Below the pieces are notes generated by a model that ran no database searches, had not been told where the DNA came from, and saw only the letters and a list, made by a program, of their open reading frames with translations. The position numbers and the translations under genes were made by a program. A stretch of DNA of 64,000 nt, from assembly GCA_964270895.1 (NCBI GenBank), contig OZ185436.1; one strand, written 5' to 3'. Shown one piece after another: positions 1-13,237 of the stretch (its first letter is position 1; the number at the start of each line of letters is the position of its first letter). This DNA comes from Podarcis filfolensis (Eukaryota).

Positions 1-1358
1 AGCTTTTTTAAAAAAAGATGCCAAAGGTTTCCCATTTCCCGTTGAGAATGGCACACATGCCCAAGCTGCTTTTTGTGACCCCAGGTGCAGTGAGCTTAAG
101 ACGGCTGTGGATTGGATATGAGAGATGCAATAAAGACAGGACGATATCTTGGGACTGAAATGGCCACAACTTTATTGATTGCAGATTTCAGTAGGTTTCG
201 GTGTAGGCACTGGGTGTGTATCCTAAAACAACCAGTCTGTCTATTGACAGACCCAGACGCAGCACCCACTTCCCCAGGAGCCAAGCTACTAAGGGTGAAA
301 TGAAGGGACACAACAACATTTTGGGATTAAAAATGGCCACAGCTTTATCGACTTCAGGAGTAGGCAAACCTTGGCATAGGCATTGGGCATGTATCCCTCT
401 CAGCCTCCTGTTGGGGGTTTGAGGCATGACAGGGTCAGATGGGGGGGGGAATGGGGCCATCGCAAAACACAAGTTTACACAGATTGTCCCCTCCCCAGGC
501 ACTGAGGGAAGCTCTGTGGCCCTCCGCCACACGCACATGACTTTATGGATAGAGACTTCCTTCAAGACTAATAGGGTACCCTGTTATCACCGCTGCAAGA
601 AGCGGGTGAGTCACCCCTTCATCAGATGTAAGATTAAAGGATTCTGCCGAAGGCCTAAACCCCCAGAGTTGTGACTATTGCTATGGGGAAGGCAAAACCT
701 GGTATGCAGGGGAAATTCCTTCCCGGCTCAGAAAACAGCAGCCATTATAAAACCATAGCGATCCCCACAGACCTGGAAAGGAAAAGTTAGACTGCAAATG
801 TAAAAGCAAGATTAGAGAGTGGGCTGGGTGGGTGGTGTTCTGGACCGACCACACTGTGGAGCGCAGGGCCGGCCCGCTTAAGAGCACAGGTAGCGAACCG
901 GCCATTTTCTTCAGGATGCCATTTTGGGGAGTTCTGTGGCCAGTTAGCTCCCATCTGATCATTCAAACAGACTGCACATCTGGCTGCAAGTGCAGTTAAT
1001 TTAAATTAAACAGAGGCAGACCCAATTAAAGTCACTCAGGGTAGGCTCCACTCAGGTTCGCCATGTGAGTCCTGTCCCTTCCAGCTCGCCCGCTGTAGAT
1101 CGACTTGAATTCAACATTGCAGACAAGCCTGTCAACCCATGTAGTCACCAGAGGAATTTCCTCGTATGTTGGCCACACAGGAACAGGCAGCTCCACCACC
1201 ACCCAGACTTGCCTGCAGCTGCAATGGGCCACAACAGCCACCTCCACAGAAACAGTAAGCGGGCTTTCTCAGTATAGGAAAAACTTGCCCCCTGCCCTGC
1301 TGTGGATTGCTGCCCATGTTGTCTTTCAAGGTGGACTGCTCCTTCACAACTACATTAT

Positions 1359-1442
1359 GGAAGGAAGGAAGGAAGGAAGGAAGGAAGGAAGGAAGGAAGG
1401 AAGGAAGGAAGAAAGAAAGAAGTTGGTTGGTTGGTTGGTTGG
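1359..1442. repeat. Compound microsatellite (GGAA)13-(GAAA)n-(GGTT)5
   Basis: Read directly. Confidence 0.97.
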
Positions 1443-2885
1443 CTTAGGCAATTCAGTGTTATGTGTAGTTTGGCCCTTGTCTCTCAAAACTGCTCCTATC
1501 ACTACAGGAAGTAGCCTTTCGGAAGCATCTTAAATAGACACACACTTCTGTTATCCTGTCTTTTTGGGAAAGCTATGAATGGGGTGGGTGAGGGCCTGGA
1601 ATGAGTGTTGGACCAGTGGGTGGATGGGGGATGTCAGTCAGTCCTTAATGAGTTCATGCTAAACCAACAATGAAACAAGTGTCATGTATCTTTCTTTTCT
1701 TTTTTAAGTTTCCAAATGTCACTTCCAGTTCAGCCGATCTAGGCTTTTAAAAGAATTCCCACCAAATTTTACGTCAGCTATTTTAAGGAATGGTTTAAAA
1801 TTAAAATCCTTTTACTAAGTTTAGACTTGAGTTTCCCGAGAGACTTGCAGTGTTTAAAAAAACTCTTTTGCCATTTCAAAAAGTTCAAAAAAACATTCCA
1901 GAAGGGATCTTTAAAAAGTCATCCTTGTAACAAGCCTGGTCTCTGGGCTTCTGTAAGGCTGTCTTGCATTTAATACCCGACATTTGTTTCTCATTTAGTT
2001 GCAAAACAGGCGCTAAAATGTAATTCTCATAATTAAATGTAATTAAGTGACGCTACTGAGTAATTTCAGGTGTGCAGTGAAGGAATAACTTTTTCGGTTA
2101 CGTAACTCAAAGACCGTAACTCAGACTTTTGGACTAGAGACACTCTTTTGTATAGCTTGTTTTTCTAATGATTGCTTCATACATGACATTTTCCTCCTGT
2201 ATAAAAAGAACCTCTGCATTTAAAAAATGTGTACAATGGAATCTGAAGCTGCGTTATTTTCAGTCAGTGCTGATGACTCTGACTGGCAGAAGCTTTCTAT
2301 GGTTCCTACACTGACCTGGGGTACATCCCCAATTATGTTTATTTTGCCCAAAGTACATAGATTAATGAGGTACAACAAAAACAGACAACAACAACAACAA
2401 CAACAACCCTGATTGCCTCTTTAAAAAACGGACAGGAAGAGCTTGAAAAAGATTATTCCTTCCCCACATGATCACTGCTTCTCTACTTCCTTTGTATGCT
2501 CCTGGGGCCTATCTGAACTAAAAATGTAGTAGTATTAGACCAGTTTAAATGTCAAGGCCACCTGGGAATTGTAGTTTGAGGAGCGTGCTGAGAAATCTTT
2601 GTTAGAGTTCTTACAGAACTACAGTTTCCAGGGTTCCCTGTGGAGAGGGAATTAATTAAATGTATTTAAGGTTGAAATACTAAACACACTTACGGATAAA
2701 ACAGGACTTAATTGTGAATGAACATGGATAGGATCATCATCTCTTTTAGTGATCCAGAAAAATTTAGCCATTTCAGGGATTGAGAAAATAAGGCACTCTT
2801 CTGCCTTCATGACATTTGCAGACACCGCCACTGTGTGAAAGATTAATTGTCTCTAATCACATTTATATTTATATTAATTATATTA

Positions 2886-2952
2886 TTATGTTATGTTATG
2901 TTATGTTATGTTATGTTATGTTATGTTATGTTATGTTATGTTATGATGTTAT
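2886..2952. repeat. (TTATG)n pentanucleotide repeat
   Basis: Read directly. Confidence 0.97.
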
Positions 2953-3017
2953 GTATTTATATCCCATCTTTCTTCCAAGCTGGGATTCAAGGCAACTTGC
3001 ATTTTAAAAACAAAGTA

Positions 3018-3259
3018 CAGTGGTACCTCGGGTTAAGTACTTAATTTGTTCCGGAGGTCTGTACTTAACCTGAAACTGTTCTTAACCTGAAGCACCACTT
3101 TAGCTAATGGGGCCTCCTACTGCCGCTGCGCTGCCGGAGCACAATTTCTGTTCTCATCCTGAAGCAAAGTTCTTAACCTGAAGCACTATTTCTGGGTTGG
3201 CGGAGTCTGTAACCTGAAGCGTATGTAACCTGAAGCGTATGTAACCCAAGGTACCACTG
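3018..3259 (+). mobile_element. Tc1/pogo (Tigger-like) MITE, 242 bp
   Basis: TIR CAGTGGTACCT(C/T)GGGTTA, TA flanks, internal TAACCTGAAG repeats. Confidence 0.88.
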
Positions 3260-3414
3260 TAGTTAAAGGAAACAATAGTTGAAATACCATAAAACATATT
3301 GAGAACCAGCATTAAAGTACTAATTGCTCTTGACATCAGCCAGTGGTCAGCACTGTCTTCACCTAGTTTCCATGGTGGGACTCTACCTTGATTTAAAGAG
3401 AGCAGATCTTCCAC

Positions 3415-3960
3415 GGTTGCACATGTCCTGGTAACATCTAGACTGGATAATGTACTCTGCGTGCATGGAAAATGTCAACTTGTTCAGAATGCAGCTGCTT
3501 GGGTGCTTGTTGGAGCTAAGCACTTGTAATACACAACCTCTATAGTATGCCAGTTGTGATGGCTATGATTTCATCTCCAGGTCCAACTTAAGGTGTTGGT
3601 ATTGACATCTAAAGCTATAAATAGTTAGTGACCAGGCTATTTGAAGGATTGCCTGCAGCCATATGAACTTGCCTAGTCTTTAAGATCAGCTCCAGAGTCC
3701 TGCTTGAGAGTCCACCATCAGTGCTCATCATATTGGCAGGCACTAGTGACAGGACCTTTTTGGTGGTGGCTCCATGTCTGTGGGACATCCTCTCAAGGAG
3801 TTCACATATGACTGCGTTTTAATTAGGTGTTTTTCTCCTTCATTTTTATTAGTTTTTAAACAGACTTTGAAACTTTTAAATCTTAATCTTCTTTTTATTA
3901 AGAGTACTGTGACTATATACAGCTTTTGCTGCTGCTGCTGTTAGTTTAGTATTTATTTAT
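3415..3960 (+). mobile_element. Degraded L2 LINE 3' fragment
   Basis: Remnants of SRLD..., QLVQNAAA..LL, FKVL.LT.KA and RTFLVVAP.LW motifs typical of L2 ORF2. Confidence 0.65.
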
Positions 3961-4539
3961 TTATTTGTATATGCCCTGAAGAGTGGCATGTAAATACTGC
4001 AAATGAACAAGGATATGCACTATCACCAACCATTATTTAAGTATTCATGCCTCCCACCCGTGCACACATGCTGATATCTCACACAGGTACATTAACTTGG
4101 TGGCTAATGTGTAAATGTATCTGGGTTTTTTTAAAACTTTTACAACAGAAAGCAAAGGAGTGGAAGTCTGTCCCAGATTGGAACAGCAGCAGGGGACAGT
4201 TTTAGAAACCCCTTTCTCTCATCATGCTATTGTCCTGTCAAAAATCTACCCCAAGCTGCTATTTACCCCGATTTAAAAAACAAAAGGGCTTGCCCCTGCC
4301 TCCCCCCTATTTTCCGCCATTGTACAACAATTGCTTTGATGCTCTATGGCTTGACACGCTTCTAGGCAAGGGAAAAGCAGTAGCCATCAATGTTTCTCTA
4401 AGACTGTATACATTACTGGCTTAAAATGCTTCTAGGTTCTTCTTTTCCCCAATTCAGATCAAAGAAATGCACTGGATGCAGAATAAACAGTAGTATGTAC
4501 ACAGCCTTCTTTGCTGTTGGGGTGGGGGATAGTTCTCAA

Positions 4540-4557
4540 TGTGTGTGTGTGTGTGTG

Positions 4558-4591
<34 letters not shown>
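4540..4591. repeat. Palindromic microsatellite (TG)9(CG)3(CA)14
   Basis: Read directly. Confidence 0.95.
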
Positions 4592-4594
<3 letters not shown>

Positions 4595-7500
4595 GCAGTG
4601 GCATAGCATTTTCCATGCTGCTTTCTATGCCAGCCTCTGGCTACTGCCCCTCCTGTGAACCTAATCTTCTGTAGTCTTGTTTGGCTTTCTACTCTGGCTT
4701 CAGCTCTAAGCCAGGTTCTTGACGATTCACCAACAGAATTGTGCCCAATGGACCACTTCCAAAAACTAAACATTTCCTCTCTTTTCTACCTCTGTATGTC
4801 TTCATGCGGGGGGGGGGGGGGGAGACACTTCACGGTTGTTGTTTTTAAAGAAACAAAGTCTACAATAGGATATAGTTTTTTTAAGAGACTTGCAGGAAGC
4901 TTTCAAATATCTCTATAGTTTAGGATAATGAAATTACATGCACTGCATGGAAAGCCATCCAATAGTTTCTCCAGTCCTCTCTCTCTCCTCCCTCTCAAAA
5001 CTCACTCTTTGTTCTTTGTTCTTTGTTTTTGTTTTTATTTAATATTTTATTTTCTGTTATCTACTTCCTCAGTTGTGGAACAAAACAAAGAAGTTGCCTT
5101 CAGGAATCACCTATTCAGCACATTCTACAACTTTGAAAATCATTAGTATTCACTGTCAAATTTTCTGTTGGAGCTAACTAAAATTATTTAGCTGTTCAGA
5201 TATGGTACAACAGATTATTGAAACACAGGTTGATTCCAAAGGATAATTCTTTGAATAGTCATCATGTAAGTAAAATGTATGGTCACTTAAGCTGCACAAA
5301 ATTTCTCAGTTCCACAAGCACCCCTCTTGTTTACTGTATCGGCTTCTCTCGCTGTGAAAGTCCCCCCAAGAGGCCTTGTTAAGAATTATCCTCTTGCTAG
5401 TGGTTTGCTGTATGAAAGCTTGAAAGTGTGATGTCATCTAAGTTTTCATGATGTCATCAAAGTTTTGGAATTCACTTGTTGGCAAAGGAGCTTAGCAGGT
5501 AGTACAAATTGAATAGTTCCTTTACGTAATACAATTAACTCCCTTGCTGGATTAGTCCAAGGGCTGTCTTCTCTAGTATTGTGTTTCTAGCAATGGCCAG
5601 CCAGATGGTGATGGGGAGGGAAGATGGATGGATGGATTTGTTTGTTTGTTTGTTTATTGAATTTTTATACCGCCCTATACCCACAGGTCTCTATTAAATT
5701 TGTATTGGGGTGGTGGAAATTCCTTGCTATGTACAACTAGGCACATAGGTGTGATCCAAGGAGTTATATGTGCCTGCTGCCTAGGTATGTTCACCTCTAT
5801 TTCTTTGACCCTTCCTGCTGTCCCACAAGCTGGTTTTGAAACTCCCTTCAGTTTCAGAAGCAATTTGCCACACAATGTGGTGAGCTGCAGTTGAACAAAC
5901 ACAAATCCCAATCACCCTACACTTCTTTGGATCCAGGCCATGAGCATATTCAAGGCATGGGAATGCACTCCTAAGAAAACTAGGGAAAAGTGATATGTGC
6001 AGGGAATATTACACAGTATAAAAGTCTCATACAAGAATACGTGATTAGAAGCCTTACCTTTTAAAAATTAGATTTAAAACAAAACAGCCTCATTAATGCC
6101 ACTTTCACCTCTTTGGAGGAAAGGTGGGATATAAATGTCATAAATATATAACACCTATTGGATTATCTGGGTAACTGGGAACTTTGTTTTCCTGGGTAGG
6201 AATACATACATACAAACATACCATTGTTACATAAATTGTAACATACATACCTTGTTACATACATGCATACCATGGTTACAAATGTAGAATCTATGCCCAT
6301 GTTAAGCTGAATGTGTTGAGGTCAGGAAAAAAGAAGACATGGATGCTCATGCTGCCCAACCTTCCCCACATTCAATGGGTCGTATCCAGTTGTCCCTCAT
6401 GTTGATGGAACGCTTGCATTTTGGCAATTTCTGCTCCACATGTAGTCCTTGCACACTCCCTAATCTGCTCTGGAGAACTGAGTAGTCACCAACAACTCAG
6501 GCATGGTAAAACTTAACTCAAGCCCTTATTCTAAGAGGTTTCATCAAGCACCTTGCACTGTCAGTTCAAGAGACACCATTGGAGATACAACCCAACATAA
6601 CACGAAAATTGTGCTGGAAAGGGCCAAGCCAACATGGTGCCCTCCAGATATTGTGAACTACAATTCCCATCAGTCCAAGGCAGCATGACCAATGGTTAGG
6701 GAAGTTGTCTGGAAAGCATGGTATTGGTCATCCCTGCCTTACAGGGATATAGGGACATATACTTGCTGCAGAGTACATTCTAGCTAACAGAAGCAGTATT
6801 CAAACTAAATCTTGAAATGAATTTGCCAACTGTGGAAGCTGAATCTTTTGGAGAATGTTGCATTTGAGCCATTGAACATTAGCATTTTCAACAGTTGAAA
6901 CTTAGCAGAAGTATGGGATTTTGACTTCCTGTTTGCCTTCATACCTGCCTCCACATGGTTACATTGTGTGTGCATAGAGGTAAGAGCTCCTAACAAAGAA
7001 AGAACAAAGTTGAAAGTGTCTGTAGAAGCTTAGCCTGGAATAATTTTTCCTTCTCTAAATGCAGAGTCAGGACAGAAAGATAAACCCAAGTAAAGCTCCC
7101 GTTGATTTCAAACCTGAATGGCCAAGAATGTGGTGAATGACTTCCCCTGGGTTATCTCAGGTTTCTGGTGTTGACAGTAGCCGTAGTTTCTTGCTATCGC
7201 TAGAAATGGTGCCCGGAATCTCTTGGCAGTAGGAAGGGTGTTTGGTGCAAAGATCAATGCTGGTAACCTTTCTAATTTTGATGGGAATGCTAGATACTTG
7301 ATCCCATTTTACTGCTGAAAGAGCAAGCGGTTCACCAACTTTGCTCTGTAAATTGGGATAGAGAAAGTGTGGGAGGGACGCTGGACAAGCAGCCACCATG
7401 TATTCTGCTGGGAAAACGAGAGCCTTGGAAGCCTTATCTTTTAAACAATAAACATCAAAAATCTGTGCAGTAGATGAGAAGCAGATATGGGTGTGGGAAA

Positions 7501-10102
7501 AGAATTCCCCCAGAGACCTAATTTATTGGGCAATCTCCATTGAAGTGAGGAGCAAAGATTCTGAGAGGAACAGGAGGCTGAGATGCTTTTTGAGCAAGCA
7601 AAGCTGCAAGGTTATAAACCATGTTTTCAACTTGACTTTTATGGAGATCTGTGATATCCCAGGGAACTAGTGACTTCAGCATTTGTCCATGGGGAGCATG
7701 GGAAAGATGCATACAGATTAGCTTTGCAATCAGTGTGTCAATTTGCCTGATAATTCTGCTTCCATCATCCGTTGCTCTTGCATGCAGAATTTGCCTTAAC
7801 CGAGCCTTCCGATATTAATTTTGAGTGGTGTTTGAATTTTGATGGGCAAATTGAGGACTCTTTCCCCTGCCCACTGTACTTTGCTCCTGTGTGAAAAAAA
7901 CAGAAGGGGGTCTCCTCTTAGAGGTTTTGTTTCATTTTGCACAGTCATCAAATGCATTTCAGCATTGTAACAGAAGCACAGGATTCCTCCAGCTATAAGA
8001 ATAAATATACCCTGTCTAGTGGACAGATTGGAAGGAGTGTTGAATGTCCCAAGATTTAAAGCTATTATAAGAGAAGCAAAACACTCAAAAAACAAAGAAA
8101 AAACACTTTCATTGAAGTGAAGCAGAGGAGCTTTTTCAACACAGCAGGAGAATCCTGCTAGGTAGACTAACTTGGTGACTCAAGGTTCTGACAGATAAAG
8201 AAAACAAGTTTGAGATGGCAAGCATCCTCTTTAAAAAGTATGGCTTTGTCTGTCTCATGCAGGCAGAATACCCCTTTTAAGCAAATAGCCACCACAGCAC
8301 ATGCGTGCAGCATCATAAAACAAAGAAAGTATGCTTCTTGCCTCAGAACTGTTATTTTTGCCCATGTGCACATTTATGGATTAAATATGAATGAATTTAA
8401 TTTATCATCTGAAAATTCTATGATTAAATGTTATTCAATTAGGTAACAGTTCTACTCTGTATATTTATGACAAACTGTTTAGGGCAAGGGCAGCCATCAT
8501 GGTGTTGTTGGATGGCAACCCACCATCCCTGACCATTGGCCATGCTGGCTGAGGCTGATAGAAATTGTGGTTCACGAACATCAGGAGGCCATTATGTTTG
8601 TTAGCCTTGGTTTTAAGGGCTCAAGGGTTGGTAATCAGAGCAGCATTTTGACCTAAATATCCTTGAAAAAGCTTCTTCTGTCCAAACAGAAACATAGTAG
8701 TGGAAAAGTCAGCTTTAGTGTTTGTTCTAGGGAAGAAGAGAAAATTATGATGTGGGACAAAATTGTATCAAGAAAACTGGACAATAAAAGGTCACGATAC
8801 TGTATATATCCCCAGAAAGCTCCTGTTGATTACCGTCTCAATACTCACGAAAACATGTATCTCCCACTTTGGCTAGCAGTGAGAGAAATCATTTGCCGGC
8901 TAGATTTGGGCATTGAATCCCAGAGGGTGTGAGATCCTTAATCTATGCTCCCTTCTTCAGGAAACATGCCAGACTATTATGACCACAAAGCCGCAGTGAG
9001 ATAATGCATCTTATCTGCCTGAGCAAATTTTAATGTGGTCCTCTTGATTAGTGTTTAGAAACCAAGCAAACAATTGATTTAAAATAATTGGTAAATTATG
9101 ATTAAATAAAAATGTTTATACCAAGGAGTTTGTCATTGATATGATAAAATAAATATTTGCAGAAGGAACTTTTCCTTGGCCCAGAGCCTGGTCCATGAGC
9201 TTTGTGAGATTGACCGTGGTCTCATTTTAATAAAGACCAGAAGGCTTTCCAAGAAAATATAGTGCCTCCTTCCATTTAGCCAACCAACGTATATCAAGAC
9301 CTTTGTCCGTTTCCCTAATATACTATGGCATGGGTCGTCCTTTGGGTCATTCTGGTAATGCCTGTCATTTATCCCTCAAAATTGGCTGAAACTATATTAT
9401 AAGTTAATAAAAGAAGACAGTTTAGTGTTTGGGTCTGGTATAAACACAAACTGAAACACTGAATACCACTCAAGCATTACTTCCAGAAGGCAGACATGGG
9501 GTATGAGAGGGACTTATGAGCTCACCATAAACATATATAAGTTTTACACCTGTTTCACTATTAGGGTAGCTACCTCCACCCCCAAAATAATGCTTAGTTG
9601 TTCTGAGAATTTTCTTAAGATAATGATCCATAGCTACACTTCCCAGGGTTCCCTGGGGGAAAGGAATGACTATAAACCAGTTTAAGTCTGTGGTGCAGAC
9701 ATGCCCCACGTTTAGGTTTCATTTACTCTGGGCTTGCCTTTCAGTTGCGTATCCACATGCAGAACCATCTAACTGCTCACTGTGGCTTGTTTTGGCTGAC
9801 CATCTCTATAGCAACCACCTCTCTCTTTCCGTTAGGCATATTGCTCTCCCAGCACCCTTCCCATGCTTCTACCACATATAAAGTAGAGTACATATGAGGA
9901 GGTTCAACCAGCTGTGGACCCTTTTGGATAGAGATGACTTGGCCTCTTTGCTCCACATCAAACTATTGCAGTGCATCCTATGTAGGACTGTTGTTGAAAA
10001 CACTTTAGGAGCCTCAACGGTACAGAATGCAGCAGCCAGGTAATGACTGCAAGAACACACATAACACCTGTTCTGAAGCAGCTGCACATCTTTGTTTAAC
10101 TA

Positions 10103-10344
10103 CAGTGGTACCTCGGGTTACATATGCTTCAGGTTACATACGCTTCAGGTTACAGACTCTGTTAACCCAGAAATAGTACCTCAGGTTAAGAACTTTGCTT
10201 CAGGATGAGAACAGAAATCGTGCTCCGGTGGCGTGGCAGCAGCAGGAGGCCCCATTAGCTAAAGTGGTGCTTCAGTTTAAGAACAGTTTCAGGTTAAGAA
10301 CGGACCTCCGGAACGAATTAAGTACTTCACCCGAGGTACCATTG
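10103..10344 (-). mobile_element. Same Tigger-like MITE, inverted copy, 242 bp
   Basis: Reverse complement of 3018-3259; TA flanks. Confidence 0.88.
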
Positions 10345-10469
10345 TATTTTGATTGAGAGGTTGCTTTGCTCTTGCACAATGCATAATACTGTGGACCAAA
10401 CTGAAGCTGGATATTTTACTCCTGCCAGTTCTCCAAGGAGCTCAGCATGACACATACTGTGTTATCACT

Positions 10470-10610
10470 TTTATCCTCACAATAACCCTGTCTGGTAGGT
10501 TAGGTTGAGAGACAGTGACTGGCCCTTGATTGCCTAGTAAGCTTTATACCTCAGTGAAGATTTGAAACCAGGTCTCCCTTATCTGAGTCAAACATTCTAT
10601 CTACTACACA
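10470..10610. mobile_element. MIR-like SINE remnant
   Basis: ttttatcctcacaataaccctg...aggttaggttgagagacagtgactggccc...gatttgaaaccaggtctcc. Confidence 0.55.
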
Positions 10611-10645
10611 CTTTGCTGGCTTGTAAACTGAGTCATTACATTCAC

Positions 10646-10648
<3 letters not shown>

Positions 10649-10694
<46 letters not shown>
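10649..10694. repeat. (TG)23
   Basis: Read directly. Confidence 0.97.
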
Positions 10695-10698
<4 letters not shown>

Positions 10699-11399
10699 AT
10701 AGACTGAATGTATCACCATGCCTATTTTGCCAGTTCAGCATTTCAGCAGCAAAATGACCACCCCATATGGGAATTAGATTTGATCAATTAATCAACCCAT
10801 CTTATTTTTTCCCCAGATACATTTCATAGTCGTTAATGAGATTTTGCTGCCTTGAAAATGGTTAGCTTACATTCTCTTGGGTTGCTGTGCCTGTTTCACA
10901 GATTACTTCATTACTTGATTGCACAATGCTTTTAAGCAACAGAAGATCATTGTTTGTGTTGTGTGTTTAGACTCACTGCTGTCCAGTTGATAAAATGTTG
11001 GGTATCCTTCATCTTAAATGTTACCTGAGCTGTGGACTTGCTGGATGTTTGTGGGCAAGGCATTGTGTCTCAGGCTGTATTTCTTGTCTGTAAAATGGGG
11101 GTAATGGTAACTGACCTTTACAGGATTGCTCTGAATATGATTGAGATAAGGAAGCAAATTTGCCACAGTAATTCTCTGCTGCTCTGCTCAGTTTAACCCT
11201 TTAATACTTGACAGTAACTTATACAGAAGGGGGGTGTCTCAGTTTACAGAAATCTAGGACTGTCATTTATATAGTGGTTTCTGAATATGCGGATGCTCTT
11301 GACTGAGACTACTGACGGATCTACACATAACACTCGTGCTGTTCTTATAGACCTCCCCTTTGTCTGCTGTGTGATGCTCAGGAAGTACAAGTATGCTTA

Positions 11400-11700
11400 A
11401 GATCAGGGTAGTAAAATGCAGTAGTGTCAGGATGACAGCATGCTTCAGTGTGTCAATTCTGGTGCCCCAAAATCCAGCACCATAGGTGGAATCCCAGACC
11501 TTCTCCACCAACGCCCACCATGGAAGTAATTATTGCAAGAGTTGTATAACCACTGCTACACAGAGGGGACTAGAGAAAGGAGGCACACTCAGGCCGGCAT
11601 TTGAACTATCCTCCTGCCTGCCTGCTAGCTTCTCTTGTATCACCAGTGTGTGTCTCAGGGAGTTCCCATGAGGACATTTCAGATGAGCCCACCAGCGTTA
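11400..11700 (-). mobile_element. Degraded CR1-like LINE fragment
   Basis: Minus strand resembles the VRPHLEY..QFWAP region (gattccacctatggtgctggattttggggcaccaga). Confidence 0.4.
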
Positions 11701-12684
11701 CATTGGCCTGGAGATTAGAGAGAACACACAGTGATCTTCAAGAGGGATGGAATCTATAGTAGCAAAGCCAGCCGGCCCCACCCTGCACTCAGTGCACATT
11801 TTGCATCCCTCCCTCAATAAACACAACAGATTGCCATATTTTCTCTCTTTTTTACAATTAAATATTTACGCTAGGCAGAAAACATTTTGCATGGACTTTT
11901 TAAACAGCCATGTCATCTTGCTCTTTTCATTCTCTAATCTTTCAGTTCTGAATCAGAAGTGAAGATTTTTAGCCTATTTACTAAGAAGTAAATATTATGA
12001 TGAAAACATCAGACAGCTTAGCAGTGACTTTAGGAAAGTGGAGAAAGCATTTTCTGGTAGTGCTGTCAATTGCAAAACATTCCATAGGCTACCAATGGAG
12101 GGAGTGATCTTGTTCTGGAATTCCTAGTTTTCTTAGACTCTTAAGAGTTGGAATAAATACAAATCATTTCATCCAAGGGCCAGGTCTGACATTACCTTAT
12201 CAGTGAGAGTGATGCTGCATCGTATAGCTACTACACAGGATCTAGTAGCATTAGAGGATCCAGATAATTGGGGCAGCACCCATAGACTTGAAGCTTCTTC
12301 CAGTATTGCCAGGCTTTTCCACTGCCCCATCTCCTGATACTGAGGTCACTGTGCATGTGCAGGCCTAAATCTTTTAGCAAAGCAGCACAGGAATAGCATA
12401 CATAGCTGCAGTTTGCCTTCCACACTTCTTAAGGTAGCATAAGAAGGACACTGTTGGTGCCTTAAGACAGGATCATTTTCAATCAGTCATAAAGTGCAGG
12501 ACTCTGAGTTTGATCTCACAAAATGTTGTTGCATGGAACATATTTCAGCTGTGCTGTGCTCCACAACACAAGGTTTCCCATCCCTCCATAATGGTTAGTA
12601 AGCATTATTGGCCACTGTGCACGCTCAGTCCTCATTCAGCTATTTTGCACCACCACCCTCCAGGTTTCCCAACACACTGCCCAA

Positions 12685-12685
12685 T

Positions 12686-12741
<56 letters not shown>

Positions 12742-12743
12742 TC
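12685..12743. repeat. (TTTC)n
   Basis: Read directly. Confidence 0.97.
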
Positions 12744-13024
12744 ATACCACTGCAGATTTTGGGAATTCTCCGAGTCTGCTGACAAATGACTAGTGTGTGG
12801 ATAATGCTGTTTGGCTACATAAGCACAGATGCTTGCCTCTGAAAGTCAAAGACAGGGAATTGGTAGCCTTGAACCTATTGTTGCTTAGGAATTATGAGAA
12901 ACTTGTTGATGGAGTACTGAAATTAGTGGTGCCATTTTGGCTCAGTCTTACATGAATGAATGAATGAAGCAAGCTTATTCAGTTGGCTGCCTGTAGTAAT
13001 TGTGGGCATCTTCGTAAAGGAATA

Positions 13025-13237
13025 CAGTGGCACCTCGGGTTAAGGACTTAATTCGTTCTGGAGATCCATTCTTAACCTGAGACTGTTCTTAACTTGAGGT
13101 ACCACTTTAGCTAATGGGGCCTGCCGCGCCGCCATGGTGCAATTTCTGTTCTCATCCTGAAGCAAAGTTCTTAACCCGAGGTACTCTTTCTGGGTTAGCG
13201 GAGTAACCTGAAGCGTCTGTAACCTGAGGTACCACTG
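13025..13237 (+). mobile_element. Same Tigger-like MITE with small internal deletions
   Basis: TIRs and TA flanks intact. Confidence 0.86.
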
